This document shows, in pieces, positions 11,881-23,276 of a stretch of DNA of 64,000 bases. The notes beneath the pieces were generated by a model, which ran no database searches, was not told where the DNA came from, and saw only the letters and a list, made by a program, of their open reading frames with translations. Position numbers and translations under genes: made by a program. Origin of the DNA: Centroscyllium fabricii (lineage: Eukaryota); assembly GCA_051313645.2 (NCBI GenBank), contig JBNRSN020000024.1, forward strand, positions 64,108,001-64,172,000, written 5' to 3'. Position 1 is the first letter of the stretch. Each line of letters starts with the position of its first letter.

Positions 11881-12855
11881 TCCACACTCCCCACCTGCTA
11901 CCCCTCCCCGTCCTCTCCACATTCCATACAGGCCAGTATGAGCAAAAGGATGCTGGCCTGTATATGGTGGGCCTGAGCATGAGTGCTGTAATCACTCAAT
12001 CCACCGGGAGACCAAAAAATATCCATCTACATTAAACCACTGTCAATTTACGTTGTCTTTGGTGCGGGACAAACCACCTCTCTGATGCACCCCAAGTTCT
12101 AGTGGCGCAATGTTTACTTTGGTTTTCTGACCATTTCAGGGCTTCAGATGACGAAACAAAATGTGCCATTAATGACTAACTATTTTTACTAGTTTAACAG
12201 CTATTTGTTTCGAAGTAAAGTCATAATATATTGCACTGTTGTGTATAGAATGGGTGCAGAGGATTATTTCCATTCACTTGAATGCTTTAATGAAGCAACT
12301 TCAAAAATGCGGGAGCAAAGATTGTGATAAATTTAGGTTTCTTTTAGCACAAATGTAAGTGCTAATTCACCTGCAACAAATGAAACATTTACATATTAAA
12401 TCACACCTTTAGTTTCATTAGTACTGATGTGAAATGACAACATTGTGTAATGCATAGCCGATTACACAAATGAATGGCTAACTGAATAAATCACATGACT
12501 CAGACTTACCAGCTAACATCACTTTTTGTGGTAATTTGCAGTTCATCCATTGAATAGTTGATGTAGGACTTCCTTCTCTTGTTTACTTTTGACCCATTGT
12601 TAAATGAATTACCATTTTAATAACCACTGATTTTACAAAAATCTCTCAACCACAAACTCCTGAAGTGGTAAATTAATTTACATGCTTGACAGAAAAGATG
12701 GTAGAGGAAATTGCATATAACATCATGTATCCTGCTTGCACATATGATTTTAAATCAAAATTGTTTTAAGGATTTGTTTCTGCAATTTCCTTCCTTCCCA
12801 CCCACTCCAAAGTAAAATCTAGCCCAGTGTTATCATGAATAATTCCTCCTCAATA

Positions 12856-13213
12856 CAGGTTGAACACCATTAATCCGGCAGGGTCGGGACCAGCACCCTA
12901 CCGGATTCTTGAAAACACCGACTGATTAAAGCCACGGCGGCGCATGCGCACAGCATTCAAAATGGCCGCCGCGACATTTTGAATGATCTGCGCATGCGGC
13001 GCCGAACGGCGAGCGCATGCGCAGATCATTCAAAATGGCCACCAGAAGTTTTGAATGGTCTGCGCATGTGCTCGCCGTTCGGCGACGCATGCGCAGATCA
13101 TTCGCCGAAGCATCAATCGCGGCGGCCATTATGCGCAGGGCAGTCGGGACAATTTATGCCGCACGACTGAAGCTGCCGGCTTAATGGTTACTGGATTAAC
13201 GGTCTTCTACCTG
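12856..13213 (+). mobile_element. pogo/Tigger-like MITE, family 1B (no cargo)
   Basis: TA|CAGGTTGAACACCATTAATCC ... GGATTAACGGTCTTCTACCTG|TA; internal GCGCATGCGC and AAAATGGCC repeats. Confidence 0.88.
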
Positions 13214-13787
13214 TATGTGGCATGAGACAAGCTGTTGCAAGTAGTGATAGCAGACCATAAGACTGGAATTGTACTGTACTCCGTGCAGATTTAAACTGGT
13301 GTGAGATGGCCTGCAGAAGAGGTCTCGTACCTCCCTGCATTAGTGTACTTGGTAGTTTTCCGAGTTTTGCTGCCATTTTTTCATTGATACATAACCCTTC
13401 ATCAATGTTAAAGGAACAATATAACCAAACCCACATTAACAGCATAGATCTGGGCATCCAGCGAATCTGATTAAATAGTCGTTGTGCCCAGCCCCCCTCT
13501 TGCCTATACTTCAGCTTGTAATCGAAACAGTAGGTGTCCTAAGGGCTTTGAAGAACTGCAACTACCAGTTTGCTATCCTGTTACTTTAGTGTATTTCAAG
13601 GCTCATCAGCGTATGAGATTGCCAGACTTGTTTAACACCCATCTACTTCCTGAGGGTGATATTGAGAGGAAATTAATCATTTCCTATCTTTATTTAGCCA
13701 TCTTTCATTCCCTTATCACTTGGCATGTGTTGCCATTATTCACTTAAGCGCTTACTACACAGTCTTGTAAAAGAATGCATTTATATT

Positions 13788-14541
13788 GGCCCATAATTTG
13801 CGGTCAGCGGCGAAACACAAGGCTTCGCCCTGGCCCCGAAGAAAACTGCCCACAAAGATCTCGCGATCTCGGGTAAGAAGTTCGGCTTTCTCGACATGCA
13901 GTTGTGATCAGTGCAGTTTAGTGGGAATTCTATAGCACGAGCTGCTGTGATGTCAACAGGCTGTCTAAGCAGCCAATCACTGCAGAATTCTCACACTGAA
14001 CCAGAAAGTGAAGAAACTCCTTTTTTTTCTGACCTTTTTTAAATGTTAGAGAGCAAAATTAAGATTAAGGCTCTTACGTGGGGGTGGGGGGTGGAAGGTA
14101 AACCTGAAATAAATATGAGCAAACTTAAATTTTTTTTTTGAAATTTCTTGCATTGTAATTTTCATTAATTAAATTTGACACTCCACATTAAAATTAATTT
14201 TTCAGGGCCACAATGTTTGTTTAGCAGTCAGTATGTTGTTCTAACCCCAGTTACACCTAATCTAACGAGGTCTAGCTTTTAGTGGGATATTTAACAGCGA
14301 TATTACCGTGGTAAAGCCCAAGTTATCGTCCATTACACTGATTGCTGGCTATGTGGTTGCGAGGCCGGGGTGGGGATCCACAGCGCAGCCAGTGTCGGAA
14401 CAGTGAATGACTGACTGCAACTTCAGGATTTCTGCGTTAAGGTGCGCATGTGCTAAATCCTGAAGTTGTGGTCAGCTTCAAAGGGGTAATAATAGCAAAC
14501 GCTATTTGTTTGCTGTTACTACCCACCTAAAATTCTGGGTC
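13788..14541. mobile_element. PIF/Harbinger-like non-autonomous TIR element
   Basis: ATT|GGCCCATAATTT ... AAATTCTGGGTC|ATT, 3-bp TSD. Confidence 0.65.
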
Positions 14542-15398
14542 ATTGTAATCTGACAAACACTTACACAAAAGTGTTGAGGAATAAATTGTTCTATGTGAGG
14601 GAGATGTGGTATTAGAATACTGTATAGCCATCAACACCCTAGTTTTCCATTTTGTAATTACCTGCTTCTGGTTTAATTCAACATTTCTTCTCATTTCTGC
14701 ACAGTCAATGGCATATGAGGACAATTTCTGCATTTGCAACCCGCCAATCCATCTTAATTATTATTGGCTTCTTCATTATTCAATGTGTAAAAGTGAAATT
14801 TTATAAATTTGTGTTGCCTGACCCTTGAAAACAGAAGTACAGTATCCATCTTTCTGCTTTCTTCTGAGTGAGCATTGCAGCCAGAAATATAAGACAACTA
14901 ATTGTCAAACGATCATTGCAACACTTACAATAGCCTTGCGTTACATAATATAACTCAATAAACATCTTGTTCTAAAAGCCCCTTGCTGGATTTTCTTCAA
15001 AAATTCATCACTGTTTAGATTCAGGTCTCCGATAGACAGCCTGTGGCATCTCTTGCAGCTGTGGGGAACAAATTCTGACTGTATCAAATGACCTCTCAAT
15101 GGCTGTGCATGAGAGGTCGAATTATCCCCTCACTTCATCTAAAAACTACACTTCGTTTTGGCTCCATGAGTACAGCGCCATGGGAGATCTGTGTGTGCAC
15201 ATGTCACGTTTTAGGATTGAAGTGTTCTCCATCTCCAAATGGGAAAATTTGCACAGCTATGCACATGTAGAAGAGTCCCATGCGGCCATGTATATACCAG
15301 CGATGACGATAACTGAAATTCAGTGAGCTATCACAAATACTTGGCACTAATTTCTTTCACTTTTCTAAATCCAGCTCCTTACTGTTTTTTTTGTTTAG

Positions 15399-15463
15399 GT
15401 GACCTTCAACAGCACCTACAAGCAATGTTCACTCTTCTTAGACCTGAAGACAACATCCGATTG
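15399..15463 (+). CDS. SSH2: Slingshot-2 exon (GDLQQHLQAMFTLLRPEDNIRL)
   Basis: TAG acceptor, GTGAGT donor; phase 1 to 0. Confidence 0.96.
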
Positions 15464-17419
15464 GTGAGTTATCCATGTATATGCAAATTCCTCTGCCTTT
15501 TTTCCTTTCAGTTGATTGATGCAGATTTTATGCTCAAAACGGTGCCTTTGGCAAAAGCAATGGAAATTGTCCCACAGAAATGTATTTGTTTCATATTCTC
15601 ATGTACATTCAACCAACTCGGGGTGAGAAGCTGACTTGTACAGCTGACTTGTTTGCAGGCCGTTAACCAATTCTGACCTTGAATCGAGCGCTATGCAAGA
15701 ACACTGGATTGATTCACTCACTCAACCCTACCCATTGCCCTTACCCCTTACTAAAATTGGGGATTCATTGAATGGCGAGTTGTGAAGCAGGGGCTTGGCG
15801 CACGCTACATTGGGAGTTGGAAAGGTACCATATCTGAAATCTTTTGTGTACTGCTGACCCAGAGTGGCATTGACAATGGTCAATGATGAGCTTGCCTGAT
15901 AATGCTCAGTTGAGGAGTGGCACATAGTTTGCAAAGTGGAACCCAGAAAGGGAAGGATAAATTAAAAAAAATTTAAATGAGAAAAATACCTCCCATAGTC
16001 CTGCCATTTGCACACTAAAACATAAAAGCTGACAAATTGCAGTAGTCAAGTGCATGGTAGTCACAATGCAGGGTATTATCATCCACCCAAAAACTGCTAC
16101 TTTCAGTTGCCAGATTCATACTGATATTTGGAATAATCTGTTAAAGTTTCTGACCTAATATATAGCAGAAATTGGACATTATAAGTGAAAATCATCCTCC
16201 ATTTTATTCACAATAGTTTTATACTGTTATATTTTTACTATAATTTTCTGAAATGATTCTGGTGCAAATTCAATTCTGAAGAGAAACATGAAGCACTTTT
16301 ATAAGATAATGTATGATCGTTGGCAGAAGCTTGGTACTCCTGCCATTGGCACACTAAAACATAAAAGCTGACAAATTGCATGGCTCCAGCACTCGGACCC
16401 CCAGCTTCTCATGGTTCCCAAGGGTAGAGGTCAAAAGACATGGAAAAACTAGAATCTCGTGACATTCGCTGTTCATTGGGGAACCAGAGGTTCACTGGCC
16501 AAGTGTACAGATTGGCACTTGTCGATCACAGGTCTCTACATGAATGGCACTCTCCCAGAGCCCTAACAGAAAAATAAAGGTTCTTGTGTAAATCTTCGTG
16601 CCAGAGTCCTGCAGTACCAACGCTCACTCCTCTAGATATAGACATTGTACCATGTTGCTGGTCAGCATCAGAGCGGAGGCCACATTTAAACTCTGCCACT
16701 TGATTTATCAAACAGGACATTATAGTGGTGGCATGAAATGTTGTGTTGCCATATCCTGTGCACCAACACGGTAGATTTTTGGTCTCGATTTTGTATTTAT
16801 GTTGACACAACCTCTAATTTGAGCCATCTTAATTTTCAAAAATGGTATTCATGAAAGTTAATGAAATTAGAGTTATAGGATCATCAACTTTATACATATT
16901 ATTTCGCTGTAACAAAATTTTTTGGAGCCTGTTCTTAAAACCTCCAAGTCTTATTTGGAAAAGGTACTGCAGTGCCTGATGCTATTGCATCAGATTTTTA
17001 AAAAAATACTGAGGTTTAGAGGTTCAATAAGTTGCAGTAGTTTCTCAAATTTTCTAAAACCTTGAAGTTTACTTGATTGCAATTTTTACTTTTCTGTTTT
17101 AATGAATTTACATGCAGAATTATAGTGGACCTTGGGTATATCATCAAATCAAATCAATGACTTCTGTATTTAAAAAATCTGTTGTGTGCAGTTATATATT
17201 CACTACAGTGTTAACTTTACTGTTGAGATGGACCAGACACTAATGTGTAGTGCTTAAAATACAGTTACTGTAAAAGAAATGAGACATTATTTAAATCCAG
17301 TTTGGTCTTTTATTCCTGTTTACAGATGACATTAAATATTTGAATGAATTTGTTTAAACGCTGAAATTCAAAGTCATTCCACTAGATGGGATTTGCTTTG
17401 TGTTGAGTTCCTACTCATT

Positions 17420-18136
17420 GGCCCCTATTTTCCGATCGGAGGCTTCCTGCGTGCGGAGGCCTCCGATCTGGAAAAAAGCTACATCCTTGAGTGTTCCAGA
17501 GGTCCGGCCATTTCCGCTCCTGGGCCTGTCCACGACGAAATGCGCAGGGCCCAGGTGGCGCAGGCGGTTCGCAAGCCTCCCTGGGATCACGTGGGCCATG
17601 GGAGCCAATGGGAGAAGGAAATCTCCCTTCATACTTTTGACAGCTTAGACATGTCAAGAAAGTATGAATGGAGATCATCCCAAAAAGACATCAAAACATC
17701 GAATACATTTTTAAAATCACGTTTTTAAAATGACATTAAATATTTTAAACAAATTTAATTTTTGAAATAAATTAGTTTTTTTACGGGGCTAAAAATAAAC
17801 TTACCTTCTTTAAAGTATTTTGAAATTATAAATGAGTGAAAAAATTATTTTACTTTTTTAAACTCTTATACTGATAAAAGCAGGCTTTACGCTTGCTTTT
17901 ACCAGGCGTAAGATTTCTAAGGGTTTTCAGCGGGCGGAGGTTCTGCAGAAAGCGGATCTCATTCCCCCCCCCCCCCCCCCCCCCGCAGAGGCCCTTCTCC
18001 AGGGCAGGCGTCCAATCTGTCAAGAGCATTCTTGACGGATCGGAAATGCCGATTTTCAGCGTATGCGCTTTGCATACCTGGAACCAGCATTTGCGAAGTC
18101 TACGGGTGTGCCCGTAGGGATCGGAAAATACGGGCC
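17420..18136 (+). mobile_element. PIF/Harbinger-like non-autonomous TIR element (same family as 8368-9042)
   Basis: GGCCCCTATTTTCCGATC ... GATCGGAAAATACGGGCC TIRs; collinear with the 8368 copy; TSD not intact (ATT/AAA). Confidence 0.82.
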
Positions 18137-18237
18137 AAAGTCTGAGTGCAGGTTTTAACACTGTACTTGGTAGCAGCTCCATGCTGGATGACCGAAAACG
18201 CAGCAGTCCAGAATCAGAGAGCCTAAATTGCATGGTA

Positions 18238-18872
18238 CAGGTTGAGCACCGTTAATTCGGCACGGGCGGGAGAATGAAGCTGGCCAGTGCGCGCACCATT
18301 CAAAATGGCTGCGCGCATGTGCATAGCACTGCTATTGGCTGCCCCAAAGCTTTGAATGATTTGCGCATGCGCTGACAAACGGCGAGCACATGCGCAGATC
18401 ATGCGAAATGGCCGCCCCGAAGTTGTACCCTCGATGTCGGGCATCTGCTCCTCATCCGACAGGTCGGAGAAGGCCTCCTCCTTCTCCTCCTCGTCTCCCA
18501 GTGACTCCGAGTCGCTGTTGAAGCCGCTGTTGCTTTCCATGGGGTCGGCGTCTCCTGAAGCCATCGGGACGGTGAGTGTGAATGTGCCGGGATCAAAGGC
18601 TGGAGTGGGCTCTGCTGCTCTCTCTCACCTGTCCTCTCCTGTCTATCTGCTCGCCCCGACTGCCCTGCGCATGTGCAAAATGGCCGCCGCGATCGAGGCT
18701 TCGGCGAATGATCTGCGCATGCGCTCGCCGTTCGGTGGCGCATGCGCAGATCATTCGCTGAAGCCTCGGTCGCGGCGGCCATTTTGCGCATGCGCAGGGC
18801 AGTCGGGGCGATTTGTGCCGGACGACTGAAGTTGTCGGCTTTTCGGTTGCCCGATTAACGGTGCTCAACCTG
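18238..18872 (+). mobile_element. pogo/Tigger-like MITE, family 1B, with 226-bp cargo and internal hairpin
   Basis: TA|CAGGTTGAGCACCGTTAAT ... ATTAACGGTGCTCAACCTG|TA, perfect 19-bp TIR. Confidence 0.92.
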
Positions 18873-19190
18873 TACTAGTGCTCACTTAAAGTAAATCCGA
18901 AATCCATTCATTTTATTTGAGTGGCATGACATTTGAATCTGTACACCTATAGGTGAGAACTTGTTACCAACTGTACTTAGTACCAGTTAGCTATTTGGGC
19001 ACAGCAGCCTGTGGACCTGGTCATGTCTACATGATAGACCGTGCAAATGCAAACACAAATAAAGAGCGCAAAGAATACTTAACTCTTTCATTGTATACTG
19101 CCTCTCACCCCAAAAGCATAAAGTGTCGTCATGAAAGCTGATCATGGTATGTACGTGTTTGATATATATATTTCTTTTTAATATTTAGTA

Positions 19191-19447
19191 CAGGTTGAAC
19201 ACCATTAATCCGGCAGGGTTGGGACCAGCACCCTACCGAATTGTTGAAAACGCCGACTGATTGAAGCCACGGCGGCACATGCACACAGCATTCAAAATGG
19301 CTGCCGCGAAGTTTTGAATGATCTGCGCATGCGCTCGCCGTTCGGCGGCGCATGCGCGGCCATTTTGCGCAGGGCAGTCGGCGCAATTTATGCCGGACGA
19401 CTGAAGCTGTCGGGTTAACGGTTAACGGATTAACGGTGTTCAACCTG
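19191..19447 (+). mobile_element. pogo/Tigger-like MITE, family 1B (short, no cargo)
   Basis: TA|CAGGTTGAACACC ... GGTGTTCAACCTG|TA; near-identical start to the 12856 copy. Confidence 0.9.
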
Positions 19448-19885
19448 TATCTGCCTTTCCTGGGCATTTACCCCATTGTGAAGTTATTAATAAATTTTGG
19501 GTCTCCATAAATAAGAAAAAGTTAACGTAGCAAAAATATATTTAATACTTTAGACTTAAAAAAAATTGTGATCAGTGCAGATTTTTGTTTAACCCTGTTT
19601 CTGTTGTGTTTTTCTCATGTACGGTGATTTGGAGCTGCAAACCTTCCTTCACAGTTAAAGCTACACTTCCACATAAGTTAGGTGCATAACAAAACTAAAT
19701 TGTGTTACTAAAAAATCCCATTCAGAAGACAAATCATCATCTGGCATTTAGTTTTCCTGCACAAAATTTTGGCGTATTTACAGATTGTGTTGACATCCGT
19801 TCTGTAGCACTAATTGTTAGCTGTGCAACTGATGTGGTCAACTAAAATGAAACCCTCTCAAAAAGCTGATCGCACATTCCAATAT

Positions 19886-20070
19886 AAAACCGGGAAATGT
19901 TGGAAATGTGCAGGTGGTCAGACAGAATCTATAAAGAGGGAAGGCAAGTTATGACATTTTGATGAAAGGTACATACCCAAATTGTCATGACCTGCATTTA
20001 CTCTTTACAGATGTGGACTGATCTGTTGTTTATTTCTAACATCTTTTTGTTATTTCAGATTTCCAGCAAT
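19886..20070. repeat. degenerate palindromic copy of the Penelope-type shark repeat
   Basis: Reverse-oriented GAAATGTTGGAAAT..GGTCAGACAG arm, decayed TTGATGAAAGG core, forward ACAGATGTGGACTGATCTG..TTTCAGATTTCCAGC arm. Confidence 0.5.
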
Positions 20071-20092
20071 TGTGGTTTTTCTTTTGATTGAT

Positions 20093-20158
20093 TGTACAAA
20101 TTTGTATATTATCTGTACAAATTTGTATATTATCTGTACAAATTTGTATATTATCTGT
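20093..20158. repeat. 21-bp tandem repeat x3
   Basis: (TGTACAAATTTGTATATTATC)3. Confidence 0.95.
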
Positions 20159-20358
20159 GCTTCTATCATTAAAACCAATATCGCCTCAAAAAATGTTTTG
20201 CTGCATGATATCTCTCTTCCAGCGGCAGGAGCTTGTGAACGGCCTGCACAGGACCTCACAATTTGTGCATGGCCGCACACCTTAAGGGGAACATTGATTA
20301 TAATAATTTTTATAGGGAATCTGCAATATATTGTGGAAAATTGTATGTTAATGGTAAT

Positions 20359-20587
20359 TGTAATGATATTGAGACTTCCGGCAGGAAGTCGGATGAACTC
20401 TGCTTATGAACTTCCAGTGACATTACTTCCTGTACATGTCACTTCCTGTGTAGTAGTATAAATTCTGCTACTATTCAGTCTGAGATAATGCTTCTCTATG
20501 TAAACATGTTAAAACTCTCAACTCTGTAAATAGCTGATTAAAGCTTTGCTTAAAGTATTTGATGTGTAAGTCGCTTTTGTCACATCA
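20359..20587 (+). mobile_element. possible solo LTR
   Basis: TG...CA ends, flanks GTAAT/ATAAT, several ACTTCC motifs, TATAAA at ~20457, ATTAAA at ~20538. Confidence 0.45.
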
Positions 20588-20738
20588 ATAATCGTGCTAC
20601 GATTGGTTGTTTGCTTCTTTATTTTAATCCCTGTCCTTTCATATAGTCTCCTTATGTTCATATAGTCTCCTTATGTACAGAACAATCACTAAGTAGCTCC
20701 CCTATTATCCATTTGCCATAAATACAGTTATACTACCT

Positions 20739-21125
20739 TAAGCATCCACTCCCTCCACCACCGGCACAACATGACTGCAGTGTGTACCATTAACAAGATG
20801 CACTGCAGCAACTCGCCAAGGCTTCTTCAACAGCACCTTCCAAACCCGCGACCTCTCCCACCTAGAAGGGCAAGGGCAGCCGGCACATGGGAACACCACC
20901 ACCTCCAAGTCACACGCCATTCTGACTTGGAAAAATATCGCCGTTCCTTCATCGTTGCTGGGTCAAATCCTGGAACTCCCTACCTAACAGCACTGTGGGA
21001 GTACCTTCACCATGTGGACTGCAACGGTTCTAGAAGGCAGCTCACCACCAGCTTCTCAAGGGCACTTGGGGATGGGCAATAAACGCTGGCCTTGCCAATG
21101 ATGCTCAGCACCAATGAATGAATAA
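20739..21125 (+). mobile_element. L2/CR1-group LINE 3' fragment
   Basis: HSLHHRHNMTAVCTINKMHCSNSPRLLQQHLPNPRPLP, (GAAT)n tail; same family as 49445-51025. Confidence 0.8.
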
Positions 21126-22547
21126 ATTAAAAACATACTGATGCTCAGTAATTGCTGTTCCTGACATTTTGAACTGGAATGCACTGTGCCTTGAAAGTCA
21201 GTACCTGTACATGAAAAAGATTTCATACAGGGGATCCTTGATTTCAAAGAAATGCCACAAACAATGTTCCAGCTGTTTCACTGAAGTTCCTTGTTGTGCT
21301 TTCCAGATGTGGAGGCTGCATTGACCGTTCTTGCAACAGGAGCAGCTTCCCTACTCCAAGCTACAGACTCTGCTCCCAGCTAACCATAGATTGGTCTGAC
21401 CTCATTTAAAAAACAAAACAATACTAATCGAAGTGTCAGAACACAAGAGTTTGTGCTGCATTCAGTCTGCTCTTATTAAATATGGAAAATGTGGCATACA
21501 CACTTTAAATACTGAAATCACCCAGCGCCACTCTGCACATTCACAACAGTGCGCAATATGCTTATGGGGACTGTGGCACTAGACAGATGGGGGAAAACAT
21601 TGCATAACGTACAATATATTTGGAACTGCTTCAAAAATGTCTGCCAATCAGACTGATAGAGGACCAAGTAACACATTTAAGATTTGAAATGATGAGAACA
21701 GGAATGTGACATGTAGAACTTTGTTTATGATTATCAGTTGTATTGACGCACTGTCCAATATAGCTAGCTTTGAATGATATCTATTTGGAATGTCAAACAT
21801 TCACCGGGCATTAACGCATGACTAGCTACCCTGGCTTATGCCATTTTATAAGGGAATACTGTTGTTTAACACAGTATAGATTGTAAGTGCAGAGTTCTAC
21901 TTTTCATAGAATATATATTTATAAATGGAGCCTAGTTGATGTTTGGCCCCTCAAGTTTAGCCAAGCTAAGAAAAATAAATGCACTGGTTTGTTGCTAGAA
22001 TTTAATAAAGAAATTATGTAAGCCTAAACTAAAATTTGAAGTCCATTTCCCAAAACTTGCACCCAAATTAAACAATTTCTGTTTCCTAAAAATGTGTCCT
22101 CCTTTTCAGGTGCACTACAGCAGTGAGGTGTGAGTCACTTATGTGCTACTGTAATCATATTGCTCACTGTTTGCGAATGTTTTTTAAAAACTTCCCCTTC
22201 CCAGGATTAGGGATTACAAGTATTTGTGTGGTTGCAATAGGGAAGGTCCTGGAAACTCATGACATGTCATGAAATATTGACTGCCCAGCCACCAAGAGCT
22301 TTGTTAGGTGTTGACTTGGGTCTATAATACGTTCACCCATTTCACTTGAGATTGAATCAACTGTTCTCGTATGTTTGTGCTGCCTATAATTTAGTTCTAA
22401 TGATATCATAGCCTACATTTCATGTCACAACTGTCAATTTATTTCATTTTCTACCATCATGCACCATTTTCTAGGCATTTAGGGCCCCTCGGTGTTGAGC
22501 AGGGGTTAAGTCCACCCCCATCTTGTGGGGAGGAGGAAAACTTTAGG

Positions 22548-22992
22548 TGTCAGCCTTGGCTCAGTGCTAGTACTCTTGCCTCGGAATCAGAAGGTTATGG
22601 GTCCAAGCCCCACTTCAGAATTTGAGCACATCATTTCAGCTGACGCTCCGCTGCAGCACTGAGTGAGCACTGCACTGTTGGAGGTGCTTTCTTTTCGAAT
22701 GAAATGTTAAACCAAAGGTCCCTTTTTGGGTGGACGTAAAGCACCCATGGCAGAATTTGAAGAAGAGCATGGGAGTTCTCCCCGTGTCCCGCCAATACTT
22801 ATTCCTCAAACAATACCACTAAAATAGTTTAATTGGTCACTTTTCTCACTGCTGTTTGTGGGGCCTTGCTGTACGCAAAATCCATACATTATAACAGTGA
22901 CTACACTTCAAAAGTACTTAATTGGCTGTGAAGCACGTTGGGACATCCTGAGGTTGTGAAAGGCGCTATATCAATGTGACTTCTTTCTTTCT
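22548..22992 (+). mobile_element. tRNA-derived DeuSINE-type SINE (SacSINE1-like) with L2-type tail
   Basis: TGGCTCAGTG A-box, GGGTCCAAGCC B-box-like, Deu-like core, GAAAGGCGCTATAT...TTCTTTCTTTC tail. Confidence 0.7.
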
Positions 22993-23276
22993 AACTCAGC
23001 GGGAAATTTAAAAGTCTGAGGGAGAATCAAAAACAGGGCTGTCTTCTATCTCCTAGCAACCAGCTCAAGATCAGCATTGTCATAAGTCAGAGTAAACAAC
23101 TGTCTGATTTCCTCAGCCGAGGGATGGCTTATGACAAAACCAAAAGAGAGGGCGAAGAGTCGAAAATACATTCAAAATAAGAAGGCTGCACTGTGCAACT
23201 TAACCACAATGCTGCACTTGTGCTCCACAAAGCATTCATCCTTTTAAATGTGAATTCTACTAGTTCGCTTCACTTA

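Noticed and set aside
22520-22560. Peptide SCGEEENFRCQP resembling the SSH2 exon-2 sequence SGEEECRSQP
   Set aside because: It lies downstream of later exons, has no splice sites and runs into a SINE head, so it is coincidence.
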